Of a DNA stretch of 35,483 bases, positions 25,246-34,712 are shown piece after piece; position 1 is the first letter of the stretch; the number at the start of each line of letters is the position of its first letter. The DNA comes from an uncultured Actinomycetes bacterium (GTDB lineage: Bacteria > Actinomycetota > CALGFH01). The stretch spans positions 1 through 35,483 of the forward strand of contig CALGFH010000011.1 of NCBI GenBank assembly GCA_937881255.1, written 5' to 3'. The notes below the pieces were generated by a model, which was given only the letters and a program-made list of their open reading frames with translations, searched no databases and was not told the DNA's origin. The position numbers and the translations under genes are program-made.

Positions 25246-26288
25246 CCGGAGTCCTCCAGCCTGCCGACGGCCCGCTCCAGGGCGGCGGCGGCCCGGCCGG
25301 GGTGGAACGCCCCCGCGAACCCGTTGGCGGTCAGGGCGGCCACCTGCCGGTCGTCCAGCCCGAAGGCCTCGGCCACCACCCGGTACTCCGAGGACAGGTC
25401 GTTGCCGAACAGGCTGCGGTCGTCGGTGTTCAGGCACACCCGGGCCCCGGCGTCGAGCAGCCGCCCGACCGGGTGGGCGGACAGCTCGGGCAGCTCCTCG
25501 GCGGTCCGGGTCCAGTAGTTGGACCGCGGGCAGCACTCCAGCACGACCCGCCGCTCGACCACCTCGGCCAGCAGGTCGGGGTCCTCGGCCAGGCTGGTCG
25601 CGTGCCCGATCCGGTCGGCCAGGTAGCGGTCGAGGGCGGTGCGGATGGCCGAGGGCGGCTCGGCCTCGCCGGCGTGGACGGTGACGCACAGCCCCGACGC
25701 CCGGGCGTGCTCGAACATGGCCGCATGGGCGTCGACCCAGGCCGGGGTCCGCCCCTCGACCGGCCCGGCCAGGTCGACCCCGACCACGCCCGAGTCCATC
25801 CGGCGGATGGCCGCCTCCAGCACCGGCCGGTTCCAGTCCGGGTCGACCCCGCCCATCAGGCAGGCCAGCAGCACCACCCGGGTCCCGGTGGCCGCCTCGG
25901 CCTGGGCGGCCGCCTCCCCGACGGTGGCCAGGACCTCGTCGATGGTCAGCCCCTGGCCGGTGTTGAGCCGCGGGCAGAAGCGCAGCTCCGAGTAGACCAC
26001 CCCGTCGGCGGCCAGGTCCTCGACCAGCTCGGTGGTCACCCTGGCCAGGTGCTCCTTGGTCTGCAGCAGCGGCAGCAGCACCTCGAACCCCTGGAGGGCC
26101 TCGAGCAGCCCCGCCCGCCGGGTCACCCGCACCCTGGCCATCGCCGCCCCCTGGGGCGCGTCGCCCGCCACCACCCCGACCTCCCGGGCCAGCTCCTCGA
26201 CCGTCGCCGGCCGCAGCGACCCGTCGAGGTGCAGGTGCAGCTCGGCCTTGGGCAGCCGGCGCAAGGCGTCATCGGTGACGGCGACCAA
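25242..26288 (-). CDS. add: Adenosine/adenine deaminase family amidohydrolase
   Basis: Motifs LPKAELHLHLDGSLRP, VTVHAGE and VCLNTDD. The TTG 26288 start has AGGAGGA 6 nt upstream. The stop overlaps the P450 start as ATGA. Confidence 0.8.
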   Translation of the reverse strand: MVAVTDDALRRLPKAELHLHLDGSLRPATVEELAREVGVVAGDAPQGAAMARVRVTRRAGLLEALQGFEVLLPLLQTKEHLARVTTELVEDLAADGVVYSELRFCPRLNTGQGLTIDEVLATVGEAAAQAEAATGTRVVLLACLMGGVDPDWNRPVLEAAIRRMDSGVVGVDLAGPVEGRTPAWVDAHAAMFEHARASGLCVTVHAGEAEPPSAIRTALDRYLADRIGHATSLAEDPDLLAEVVERRVVLECCPRSNYWTRTAEELPELSAHPVGRLLDAGARVCLNTDDRSLFGNDLSSEYRVVAEAFGLDDRQVAALTANGFAGAFHPGRAAAALERAVGRLEDSG

Positions 26289-26362
26289 ACCAGTTCCTCC
26301 TGAGCGCGGTCCGCAGCAGCGGTAGCCTACCCGCCCCACCCGCCATCGAGGAGACGACGCCG

Positions 26363-26848
26363 ATGCCCGGCCCCGACGGTGACCGACCCACCACCCGCGA
26401 CGACGTGCTCCCCGCCGGGGCCCGCCACTGCTTCGCCTGCGGCGACGCCAACCCCATCGGCATGCACCTGGACGACATCCGCCGCGAGGGCGACCAGGTC
26501 CTGGCCACCCTCCACCCCCGCCCCGAGTTCCAGAGCTACCCCGGCGTCCTCCACGGCGGCCTCTCGGCCACCGCCCTCGACGAGGTCATGGGCTACGCCT
26601 CCATCCTCCTGGCCGGCATCTGGGCGGCCACCGCCACCATGGACCTCCGCTACCGCGCCCAGGTCCCCTACACCGCCCCCCTCCCCCTGGTCGCCGGCCT
26701 CACCGACACCCGTGGCCGCCGCGTCCGCACCTGGTCCCGCCTGTACCTGCCCTCGGGCGAGGTCGGCGCCGAGGCGACCGCCCTGCTGGTCGCCCTCCCC
26801 GAGGACCTGGCCGAACGGGCCCGGGCCCTCTACGGGCCGATGGCCTGA
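26363..26848 (+). CDS. PaaI/hotdog-fold thioesterase family protein
   Basis: The pattern CFACGDANPIGMHL...PGVLHGGLSATALDEVMGYA is typical of PaaI-like thioesterases. Confidence 0.65.
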   Translation: MPGPDGDRPTTRDDVLPAGARHCFACGDANPIGMHLDDIRREGDQVLATLHPRPEFQSYPGVLHGGLSATALDEVMGYASILLAGIWAATATMDLRYRAQVPYTAPLPLVAGLTDTRGRRVRTWSRLYLPSGEVGAEATALLVALPEDLAERARALYGPMA

Positions 26849-26861
26849 GACCCTGGCCGGC

Positions 26862-27641
26862 TCAGCTCCGGAAGAACCCGGTCAGGACCGGGGCCAGGGT
26901 CTCGCCGGGGACGCCGTGCCACCCGCCGGCCAGGTGGCGGTGGGTGCTGTCGGGGAGGGCCCCGGCCACCGTGGCCGCCGAACCGGTGATGGAGTCGGAG
27001 CTGCCCTGGCTGTCCAGGACCAGGGTCGGGACCGTCACCGACCGCAGGAGCGGGAGCGACATGGCGTCCGAGAGCCGGCAGTCGTAGACCAGGGTGGGGG
27101 CCACCGCCTCAAGGGCCGCCCAGACCGGCGGGGTCATCTGGTCCATGACCTCGTCGGGGACGCCGATGCCGCGGTGGAAGAACTCCACCGCCTCCCGCCG
27201 CCGGCCCGAGGTCACCAGCTCGGCCAGCTCGGCGGTGAAGCCGGACTCGCCCGCGGGGGCCGGGGCCGGCTCGATCGGCGGCTCGAACAGGGCCAGCTTG
27301 GCGATGGCCAGCCCGCGGGCGGCGGCGTGCAGAGCCAGCAGCCCGCCGGAGGAGAAGGCGTACACGAAGGCCGACCCGCCGGCCTCGGCGATGAGCGCGG
27401 CCAGGTCGTCGACCTCACGCTCGATCGCGTAGGGCGGGGTGTCGGTGCTGGCGCCGCGGCCCCGGCGGTCGTAGAGGTAGACGGTGAAGTCCTCGGCCAG
27501 CAGCTCCACCGGCGGTGGGAAGGGCCGGAAGTCCCGGTAGCTCCCGGCGGCGTCCACCGCGATGAGGGCCGGGCCGGCGCCGGATCGCTCGAACGCGATC
27601 GAGGTGCCGTCGCTGGAGGTGACGCGGCCGGTTTCGGTCAT
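26862..27641 (-). CDS. Alpha/beta hydrolase
   Basis: ATG 27641 has AAGGAG upstream. The translation reads DGTSIAFERSGAGPALI...YDRRGRGAS. The nucleophile elbow is AFSSGG. Confidence 0.7.
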   Translation of the reverse strand: MTETGRVTSSDGTSIAFERSGAGPALIAVDAAGSYRDFRPFPPPVELLAEDFTVYLYDRRGRGASTDTPPYAIEREVDDLAALIAEAGGSAFVYAFSSGGLLALHAAARGLAIAKLALFEPPIEPAPAPAGESGFTAELAELVTSGRRREAVEFFHRGIGVPDEVMDQMTPPVWAALEAVAPTLVYDCRLSDAMSLPLLRSVTVPTLVLDSQGSSDSITGSAATVAGALPDSTHRHLAGGWHGVPGETLAPVLTGFFRS

Positions 27642-27677
27642 GGCGGTGCTCCTTCTGGTGTGGTCGGCTCGGAAGGT

Positions 27678-27705
27678 TGTCGAATGGGCCACCCCCGAAT
27701 CGACA
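27678..27705 (+). promoter_or_regulatory. Candidate ECF-type promoter: TGTCGA followed 17 nt later by CGAC, upstream of the YciI-sigma operon
   Basis: TGTCGA is at 27678-27683 and TCGAC at 27700-27704, about 35 nt before ATG 27739. From memory, ECF42 target promoters carry TGTCGA at -35 and a CG(A/T)C-type -10. This was not verified. Confidence 0.3.
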
Positions 27706-27738
27706 CCTTCACGGAACCATCGACCGGAGGAGCCGAGG

Positions 27739-28107
27739 ATGCGCTATCTGTGCCTGGTCTACGCCGACGAGGCGACCCTGAACGCCCTGCCCCAGCCCGA
27801 GGTCGACGCCCTCATCGACGAGACCCTTGCCACCAACCAGGCACTGGCCGAGAGCGGCCAGCTCGTCCTGGCCGAGGCCCTGGAGCAGGTCGAGGCGGCC
27901 ACCACCGTGCGGGTCCGCAACCGCCGCCTGTCGGCCACCGACGGGCCGTTCGCCGAGACCCGCGAGCAGCTCGGCGGGTTCGTGCTCATCGAGGCCAGGG
28001 ACCTCAACGAGGCCATCCAGATCGCCGGGCGGCTCCCGAGCGCCCGCCTCGGGAGCGTCGAGGTCCGCCCGGTGATCGATCTCCAGCGGGAACGCTCGGG
28101 CCCGTGA
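27739..28107 (+). CDS. YciI-like (DGPF domain) protein
   Basis: GGAGGAG RBS. The translation MRYLCLVYADEA...SATDGPFAETREQLGGFVLIEARDLNEAIQIA is typical of the YciI/DGPF family. Confidence 0.8.
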   Translation: MRYLCLVYADEATLNALPQPEVDALIDETLATNQALAESGQLVLAEALEQVEAATTVRVRNRRLSATDGPFAETREQLGGFVLIEARDLNEAIQIAGRLPSARLGSVEVRPVIDLQRERSGP

Positions 28108-29360
28108 GCCAGGGCGCGGCCGCCGAGCCGCGAGCCCGGATCGAGCGCCTCTACCGGTCCGAGTCGCGCCGGGTCCTGGCCACCCTGATCCGGGTGCTGG
28201 GCGACTTCGACCTGGCCGAGGAGGCGCTCCAGGACGCGTTCACGGCGGCGCTGGCCCAGTGGCCGCGGGACGGCCTGCCGGCCAACCCCCGGGCCTGGCT
28301 GGTCTCGACCGGCCGCTTCAAGGCCATCGACCGGCTGCGGCGGCGGGCCCGGTTCGACGCCGCCCTTGGGGAGCTGGCGGCGCGGCTCGACGACCAGGCC
28401 CCCGACCCCGCCGGCCAGGACGACCAGCTGCTGGAGGACGACCGGCTGCGGCTGATCTTCACCTGCTGCCATCCCGCCCTGTCGCCCGACGCCCAGGTGG
28501 CGATGACCCTGCGCGAGGTCTGCGGGCTCACCACCGAGGAGGTCGCCCACGGCTTCCTCACCGGCCCGCCGACGGTGGCCCAGCGGATCGTGCGGGCCAA
28601 GGCCAAGATCCGGGCCGCCGGCATCCCCTATGCGGTGCCGCCCCCGGCCGAGCTGGCCGACCGGCTCGAGATCGTCCTCCAGGTCGTCTACCTGGTCTTC
28701 ACCCAGGGGTACGGGCCCGCGTCGGGGGACGCGGTGGTCCGCCCCGACCTGGCCGACGAGGCGATCCGCCTTGGCCGGCTGGTGGCCGAGCTCCTCCCGG
28801 AACCGGAGGCGCTCGGCCTGCTGGCCCTGCTGCTGCTCCAGGACTCCCGCCGGGCCGCCCGGGCCACGGCCGAGGGCGAGCTGATCCTCCTGGCCGACCA
28901 GGACCGCTCCCGCTGGGACCGGGCCCGGATCGCCGAGGGGGCCGCCCTGCTCCGGCGGGCCATCTCGTCAGGGGAGGTCGGGCCCTACACGCTCCAGGCG
29001 GCGATCGCCGCCGCCCACGCCGAGGCACCCACCGCCCAGGCCACCGACTGGGACCGGATCGTCGGCCTCTACGACCTCCTGGTGCGGGCCGACCCGTCGC
29101 CGGTGGTCGAGCTGAACCGGGCCGTGGCCGTGGCCATGCGCGACGGCCCGGCCGCGGGCCTGGCCCTGATCGACGCCCTGCTGGCCGCCGGCCAGCTCGG
29201 CGGCTACCACCTGGCCCACGCCGCCCGGGCCGACCTGCTCCGCCGCCTCGGCCGGCCGGACGACGCCCGGGCCGCCTACACCCGCGCCCTCGGCCTGACC
29301 CGGCAGGGACCCGAGCGGCGCTTCCTCGAGCGCCGGCTGCGGGAGCTGGGGCGGGGCTAG
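28104..29360 (+). CDS. ECF sigma factor with a long C-terminal TPR-like extension (ECF42-like)
   Basis: The start overlaps the YciI stop as GTGA. The translation reads IERLYRSESRRVLATLIRVLGDFDLAEEALQDAFTAALAQWPRDGLPANPRAWLVSTGRFKAIDRLRR. Region 4 reads MTLREVCGLTTEEVAHGFLTGPPTVAQRIVRAK. A helical extension of about 230 aa follows. Confidence 0.8.
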   Translation: MSQGAAAEPRARIERLYRSESRRVLATLIRVLGDFDLAEEALQDAFTAALAQWPRDGLPANPRAWLVSTGRFKAIDRLRRRARFDAALGELAARLDDQAPDPAGQDDQLLEDDRLRLIFTCCHPALSPDAQVAMTLREVCGLTTEEVAHGFLTGPPTVAQRIVRAKAKIRAAGIPYAVPPPAELADRLEIVLQVVYLVFTQGYGPASGDAVVRPDLADEAIRLGRLVAELLPEPEALGLLALLLLQDSRRAARATAEGELILLADQDRSRWDRARIAEGAALLRRAISSGEVGPYTLQAAIAAAHAEAPTAQATDWDRIVGLYDLLVRADPSPVVELNRAVAVAMRDGPAAGLALIDALLAAGQLGGYHLAHAARADLLRRLGRPDDARAAYTRALGLTRQGPERRFLERRLRELGRG

Positions 29361-29941
29361 AACGCGGCCGACCTGCGGCGGCGCCTGGCCCGGCGGAACA
29401 TGGCGACGGCGGCCCAGCCGAACAGGAGCAGCACGACCACGACCAGGATGGGGAGGAACACCGCGACCAGGCTCATGCCGAGGGAGGCGGCGTCCTCGGC
29501 GGCGCTGACCACCGGGGTCCCGGCGCCAACGGTGGTGGCGTTGACCAGGGGACGGGCGGTGGCCTTGGTGGCGTGGACGATGCCGGCGACGGCGACGCCG
29601 AGGAGGACGCCGACCCAGGGGTGCTCCTGCATCCAGGTGGAGTTGTCGGCCTGCTCGGCGGCGGTGGTGGCGGCGAAGATGACGCCGCCGACGGTGGGGC
29701 GGACCAGGGTCTGGATGGCGTCGTTGACGTGGTCGACCACGGCCACCTTGTCGAGGACGAGCTCGGCCAGGAGCAGCACCGAGACGATCGCCAGGGCCCA
29801 GCCGGACTGGATCCAGCGGTAGGGCTCGGGGAGGGTGATGACGTCGGTGAAGCGGGCCAGGACGCCGACCAGCAGCAGCGGGATGTAGGCGTTCAGGCCC
29901 GCCGCCGCCGACAGGCCGAGGCCGGTGAGCGATGCCAGCAT
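29357..29941 (-). CDS. DUF4126-family integral membrane protein
   Basis: ATG 29941. The translation reads MLASLTGLGLSAAAGLNAYIPLLLVG...LDKVAVVDHVND...VGAGTPVVS. It has several hydrophobic spans and a basic tail. Confidence 0.7.
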   Translation of the reverse strand: MLASLTGLGLSAAAGLNAYIPLLLVGVLARFTDVITLPEPYRWIQSGWALAIVSVLLLAELVLDKVAVVDHVNDAIQTLVRPTVGGVIFAATTAAEQADNSTWMQEHPWVGVLLGVAVAGIVHATKATARPLVNATTVGAGTPVVSAAEDAASLGMSLVAVFLPILVVVVLLLFGWAAVAMFRRARRRRRSAAF

Positions 29942-29970
29942 GCCCTCCAGCTTCCCCCTGGAGGGGTGGG

Positions 29971-31586
29971 TCACACAATCAGGCGGCGGTCCACCGGGCG
30001 GTGGCGGTTCTGCTCGGCGACCAGGAGGGCCTCGACGGCGAACTGGTCGAGCGGGCGGGCGAAGTGGAAGCCCTGGCCGTAGGGGCAGCCCAGGCGGGCC
30101 AGCTCCAGGGCCTGGGCCTCCTGCTCGATGCCCTCGGCGATCACCCGCAGGCCGAGGAGGTCGGCGATGCGCAGGATGGCGTTGGTCAGGGCCTGCTCCT
30201 CGGCCCCGCGGAGCAGGCCGTCCACGAACGGCTTGGCCAGCTTGAGGACGTCAACGGGCAGGTGGCGCAGGTAGGCCAGGGACGAGTAGCCGGTGCCGAA
30301 GTCGTCGAGGCCAGGTGGACCCCGAGGGCCCGCAGGCCGACCAGGCGCTCCAGCTTGGCCTCCTGGTCGGTGGCCAGCACGCTCTCGGTGATCTCCAGCA
30401 TCAGCTGGTCGGGGTCGAGGCCGGAGGCGTCAAGGGCCCCGGCCACGTCCTCGAGCAGGTCGGGCTGCTGGAGCTGGCGCACCGACAGGTTGACGCTGAG
30501 GAACGGGTGGGGCTGGAGGGGGAAGCGGCGCTGCCAGTCGCGGGCCGCCTGGCAGGCGGCGTGCAGGACCCAGCGGCCGATGGGGACGATCAGGCCGGTG
30601 TCCTCGGCCAGGGAGACGAACTCGCCCGGCATGACCAGGCCCCGCTCGGGGTGGTCCCAGCGGACCAGCGCCTCCAGCCCGGCCAGCCTGCCCCCGGGCA
30701 GCTCGACCACCGGCTGGTAGCGGACGGTGAACTGCTGGCGGATGACGGCCCGGCGCAGGGCGGCCTCGAAGTCGAGGCGCTGCACGGCCCGGGTGTGCAT
30801 GGCCGTGTCGAACACCCGGACCCCGGCCCGGCCGGCCGTCTTGGCCGCGTACATGGCCATGTCGGCGTCGCGCAGCAGCCGCTCGGGGTCCTCGTCGCCG
30901 CCGCGGGCCAGGCGGACCCCGACGCTGGCCCGGGCCAGCACCTCCCGCCCGGACACGGTCACCGGGGTGCGCAGGATGGCCGCCAGCCGCTCGCCCAGGG
31001 CGACCGCCTCGCCCTCGTCGGCGACCCGGGGGACGAGCACGGCGAACTCGTCGCCGCCGAGGCGGGCGGCCAGGTCGCCCGGGCCCAGGCAGCCCCGCAG
31101 CCGCTCGGCCACCACCCGCAGGACCTCGTCCCCGGAGGAGTGGCCCAGGCTGTCGTTGATCGTCTTGAAGTCGTCCAGGTCGAGCAGGAGCAGGGCCGGG
31201 GCCGGCCCGCCGGGGGGGCCCGGGGGGCCGTCGAGGGTGCCGAGCGCCTCCTGCAGCCGCCGCGAGAAGGCGGTCCGGTTGGCCAGCCCGGTGAGCGGGT
31301 CGACGCTGGCCCGCCGGGCCACCTCGGCGGCCAGGTCGGCCCGTTCCAGGGCCAGGGTCACCTGGGCCCGGAGGGACTCGAGGGCGGCCCGGGCCTCCTC
31401 GGGGACCAGGTCCAGGTCGCGGGCCAGCTCGGCCGGGGCGTCGAGGCCGAGCAGCTCGGCGGTGGCCTCGGCGGCGACCCGGTGGACGGCGGCGGCGTCG
31501 GGCGCGGCCAGCAGGGCCGCCCCGGCCGTGGCCAGCAGCCGCTCACGGCCGGCGGCGCGCCGCCGCGCTGGGAACTGCCACCCCAC
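29971..31586 (-). pseudogene. GGDEF-EAL diguanylate cyclase/phosphodiesterase interrupted by a 1-nt frameshift inside the EAL domain
   Basis: AGGAGGAG RBS and GTG 31586. The GGDEF motif (RLGGDEFAVL) and the EAL motif (LEALVRW) are both intact. After ...LRALGVHLA the frame is lost at about 30308-30313. The expected continuation [23 protein letters not shown]...QGFHFARPL reads in another frame down to the stop at 29971. Confidence 0.7.
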
Positions 31587-31655
31587 GTTCGCTCCTCCTG
31601 GGCCGAGAATGCCTTGTCAGGTTCTTCGGCAGCCGGAGCGGTGGCTGTAGGCGGC

Positions 31656-32141
31656 TCAGCCGGTGTCGGCCGCGGCCTCGGGGGCCACCGACCAGGTGTA
31701 GGCCTCCTTGAGCAGCCGCAGGTACATGAAGGTCTCGGTCTCGCGCACGCCCTCGATCCCGGCCAGGTCCTCCGAGAGCAGGCGCAGCAGGTGGTCGTTG
31801 TCCTCGCAGACCACCTCGGCCAGCATGTCGAACGACCCGGCGGTCAGCACCAGGTACGACACCTCGGGCAGGCGCCCGACGGCCTCGGCGACCTGCTTGC
31901 GGGCCCGGCCGTCGACCGAGATGGCCACCATGGCCATGGCCTGGTAGCCGAGGGTCATCGGGTCGGCCACGGCCACCACCTGCATGATCCCGGCCGCCTG
32001 GAGCCGGGCCACCCGCTGGCGCACGGCCGCCTCGGACAGGCCGAGCTCCCGGCCGATGCTGGTGAAGGGGCGGCGCCCGTCGCGCTGCAGGGCGGCCACG
32101 ATGCGCCGGTCGACCGCGTCGACCCTTGCCGTCCTGGACAT
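31656..32141 (-). CDS. Lrp/AsnC-family transcriptional regulator
   Basis: The HTH is DAVDRRIVAALQRDGRRPFTSIGRELGLSEAAVRQRVARLQAAGI. A C-terminal RAM/ACT-like domain follows. Confidence 0.85.
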   Translation of the reverse strand: MSRTARVDAVDRRIVAALQRDGRRPFTSIGRELGLSEAAVRQRVARLQAAGIMQVVAVADPMTLGYQAMAMVAISVDGRARKQVAEAVGRLPEVSYLVLTAGSFDMLAEVVCEDNDHLLRLLSEDLAGIEGVRETETFMYLRLLKEAYTWSVAPEAAADTG

Positions 32142-32162
32142 GCGAACTACCTCCAGATTCTT

Positions 32163-32191
32163 TTGCCAAGGAACGAGTTTCGAAGTAGTCT
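32163..32191 (+). promoter_or_regulatory. Candidate promoter TTGCCA-17-TAGTCT for the aminotransferase-LLM operon, in the divergent Lrp intergenic region
   Basis: The -35 element is 32163-32168 and the -10 element is 32186-32191, in the most AT-rich stretch of the window. This is a pattern match only. Confidence 0.4.
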
Positions 32192-32247
32192 ATCTCAGTC
32201 TCGACGTAAGGCGAAGACAGCCCGGAGCATCCAGGAGCGTGATCAGC

Positions 32248-33627
32248 ATGGGCCGACGGCCCGACCAGGAGCGGATCGACAGCCTCACCAAGGCCAGGAC
32301 CCAGCTCGTCCACGAGCGCACCCCCAAGTCGCGGGAGTGGCGCGAGCGCTCGCTCGCCTCGCTGCCCCTCGGGGTCGCCTCCAGCTTCCAGGACGCCCCG
32401 CCCTACCCGATCTTCTTCGAGCGGGCCAAGGGCAGCCGCGTCTGGGACGTCGACGGCAACGAGTACGCCGACTACCACAACGGCTTCGGGGTGATGGCCG
32501 TCGGCCACGCCCACCCCAAGATCGTCGAGGCCCTGTCCGAGCGGGCCGCCATCGGCACCCACTTCGCCCAGCCGGTGGCCGAGACCACCCTGCTGGCCGA
32601 GGAGCTCTGCAGGCGCTTCCGGATCGACCAGATGCGCTTCACCAACTCGGGCACCGAGGCCACCATGGACGCCATCCGGCTGGCCCGCGGGGTCACCGGC
32701 CGGGACAAGATCGTCAAGATCGAGGGCTCCTACCACGGCCACCACGAGTCGGTGCTGGTCTCGATCCGGCCCAGCCGGGACAAGATGGGCCCGCGGGAGA
32801 CCCCGGCCAGCGTCGAGTTCGGCTCCGGCACCCCCAAGGCCGTGACCGAGCTGACCCTGATCGTCCCCTACAACGACGCCGAGGCGCTGGACCGGCTGCT
32901 GGCCGCCAACGCCGGCGAGGTCGCGGGCATGATCATGGAGCCGGTGATGATGAACGTCGGCATCATCGACCCCGAGCCCGGCTACCTGGAGGCGGTCCGC
33001 GAGATCTGCTCCCGCCACGGCGTCATCCTCATCTTCGACGAGGTCAAGACCGGGGCCACCATCGCCTACGGCGGGGCCGAGGAGGTCTACGGGGTCGCCC
33101 CCGACCTCAAGTGCTTCGCCAAGGCCGTCGGCGGCGGCACCCCCCTTGGCGGGTTCGGCGGCCGGGGCGAGCTGATGGCCGAGATCGCCAAGGACGGCGT
33201 GCCCCAGCTGGGCACCTTCAACGGCAACCCGCTGTGCGCCCGGGCCGGGCTGGTCGCCCTGACCGAGGTCCTCACCGAGGGCGCCTACAAGGAGCTCAAC
33301 CGGCTCAACGACGCCCAGCTGGCCGGCTGCCAGCGGGTCATCGACACCTACGACCTGCCCTGCTACACCACCGGGGTGGGCGGCAAGGGCGCGGTCATGT
33401 ACGCCCCCGAGCGGCTGCGCGACTACCGCGCCTACGCCGGCTTCGACGGCGACGGGGTCGACGAGCACCTCTCCTACCTGTCCTGGCTGTACGAGATGAC
33501 CGAGGGCGTGTTCATGACCCCGGGCATCGACGAGCAGTGGACCCTGTCGGTGCAGCACACCGACGAGGACGTGGCCCGCTACGTCAACGCCTTCGAGACG
33601 TTCGCCAAGGAGGTCACCGGCAGCTGA
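32248..33627 (+). CDS. Class III (PLP-dependent) aminotransferase, GSA-aminomutase-like family
   Basis: ATG 32248. Motifs are DVDGNEYADYHNGFGVMAVGHAHP, FTNSGTEATMDAIRLAR and IFDEVKTG (PLP lysine). Confidence 0.8.
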   Translation: MGRRPDQERIDSLTKARTQLVHERTPKSREWRERSLASLPLGVASSFQDAPPYPIFFERAKGSRVWDVDGNEYADYHNGFGVMAVGHAHPKIVEALSERAAIGTHFAQPVAETTLLAEELCRRFRIDQMRFTNSGTEATMDAIRLARGVTGRDKIVKIEGSYHGHHESVLVSIRPSRDKMGPRETPASVEFGSGTPKAVTELTLIVPYNDAEALDRLLAANAGEVAGMIMEPVMMNVGIIDPEPGYLEAVREICSRHGVILIFDEVKTGATIAYGGAEEVYGVAPDLKCFAKAVGGGTPLGGFGGRGELMAEIAKDGVPQLGTFNGNPLCARAGLVALTEVLTEGAYKELNRLNDAQLAGCQRVIDTYDLPCYTTGVGGKGAVMYAPERLRDYRAYAGFDGDGVDEHLSYLSWLYEMTEGVFMTPGIDEQWTLSVQHTDEDVARYVNAFETFAKEVTGS

Positions 33628-34661
33628 TGCGCCTCGGGGTGATGCTCGGCTACTTCGGGGCCGGGACGACGGCCGGAGAGCAGCTGGAGCTGGTCCGGGA
33701 GGCGGAGCGGCTCGGCTACGACTCGGCCTGGGTGGCCGAGGCCTACGGCTCGGACGCGGCCACCGTGCTGGCCTGGCTGGCCGCCCAGACCAGTTCCATC
33801 GACCTGGGGTCGGCGGTGTTCCAGATCCCGGCCCGGAGCCCGGCCATGACGGCCATGACCGCGGCCACCCTTGACCAGCTGTCGGGGGGGCGGTTCCGGC
33901 TCGGCCTCGGCCTGTCCGGGCCCCAGGTGGCCGAGGGCTGGCACGGCCAGCGGTTCGCCCGGCCGCTGGCCCGGACCCGCGACTACCTGACCGTGGTCCG
34001 GATGGCCCTGGAGCGCCGGCGGGTCGCCTACCAGGGCGAGACCCTGGAGCTGCCGCTGCCCGACGGGCCGGGCAAGGCCCTCAAGCTCACCATCAGCCCG
34101 GCCCAGGCCCGCCTGCCCATCTACCTGGCCGCCATGGGCCCGAAGAACCTGGCCATGGCCGGGGAGCTGGCCGACGGCTGGCTCGGGTTCCTGTACGCGC
34201 CCGAGCACGCCGGCGGGTTCCGCGACCAGCTGGCCGCCGGGGCGGCCCGGGCCGGCCGCGACCTGGACGGCTTCGACATCGCCCCCAACGTCCAGGTCCA
34301 CGTCAGCGACGACCTGGCCGCGGCCCGTGACGTCATGCGCCCGTTCCTGGCCCTGTACATCGGCGGCATGGGCTCGCGGGAGCGCAACTTCTACACCGAG
34401 CAGGCCGGCCGCTACGGCTTCGAGCAGGCCGCCGCCCAGGTCCAGGAGCACTACCTGGCCGGCCGCCGCGCCGAGGCCGGGGCCGCCCTCCCCGACGAGC
34501 TGATCGACCTGGTCACCCTGTGCGGCCCGGCCGGCCGGGTCCGCGAGCGCCTGGCCGCCCACCGCGAGGCCGGGGTCGGCACCCTGATCGCCGCCCCCAC
34601 CGCCTGGACCCACGAGGATCGGGTCGCCCAGCTCCGCCGGCTGGCCGAGCTCGCCGCTTGA
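33627..34661 (+). CDS. LLM-class (luciferase-like) F420-dependent oxidoreductase
   Basis: TGATG junction with the upstream gene. The translation reads MRLGVMLGYFG...LGYDSAWVAEAYGSDA...SGGRFRLGLGLSGPQVAEGWHG. Confidence 0.8.
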   Translation: MRLGVMLGYFGAGTTAGEQLELVREAERLGYDSAWVAEAYGSDAATVLAWLAAQTSSIDLGSAVFQIPARSPAMTAMTAATLDQLSGGRFRLGLGLSGPQVAEGWHGQRFARPLARTRDYLTVVRMALERRRVAYQGETLELPLPDGPGKALKLTISPAQARLPIYLAAMGPKNLAMAGELADGWLGFLYAPEHAGGFRDQLAAGAARAGRDLDGFDIAPNVQVHVSDDLAAARDVMRPFLALYIGGMGSRERNFYTEQAGRYGFEQAAAQVQEHYLAGRRAEAGAALPDELIDLVTLCGPAGRVRERLAAHREAGVGTLIAAPTAWTHEDRVAQLRRLAELAA

Positions 34662-34712
34662 CCCTCCTGTCGGGGGAGCGTCCAGGGTGGTCGGCGGAAG
34701 GGAGGGACGCGA

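Noticed and set aside
32171-32182. GAACGAGTTTCG, a LexA-box-like sequence in the Lrp/aminotransferase intergenic region
   Set aside because: The second half-site is TTCG, not GTTC, so it does not fit GAAC-N4-GTTC. It is more likely part of an AT-rich Lrp/promoter region.
30315-33626. Upstream 1100 codons of the 1448-aa plus-strand ORF, plus the 671-aa and 616-aa minus ORFs in the same area
   Set aside because: Only the last 344 codons (from ATG 33627) look like a real protein (LLM oxidoreductase). The rest is antisense to the GGDEF-EAL and Lrp genes or out of frame with the aminotransferase.
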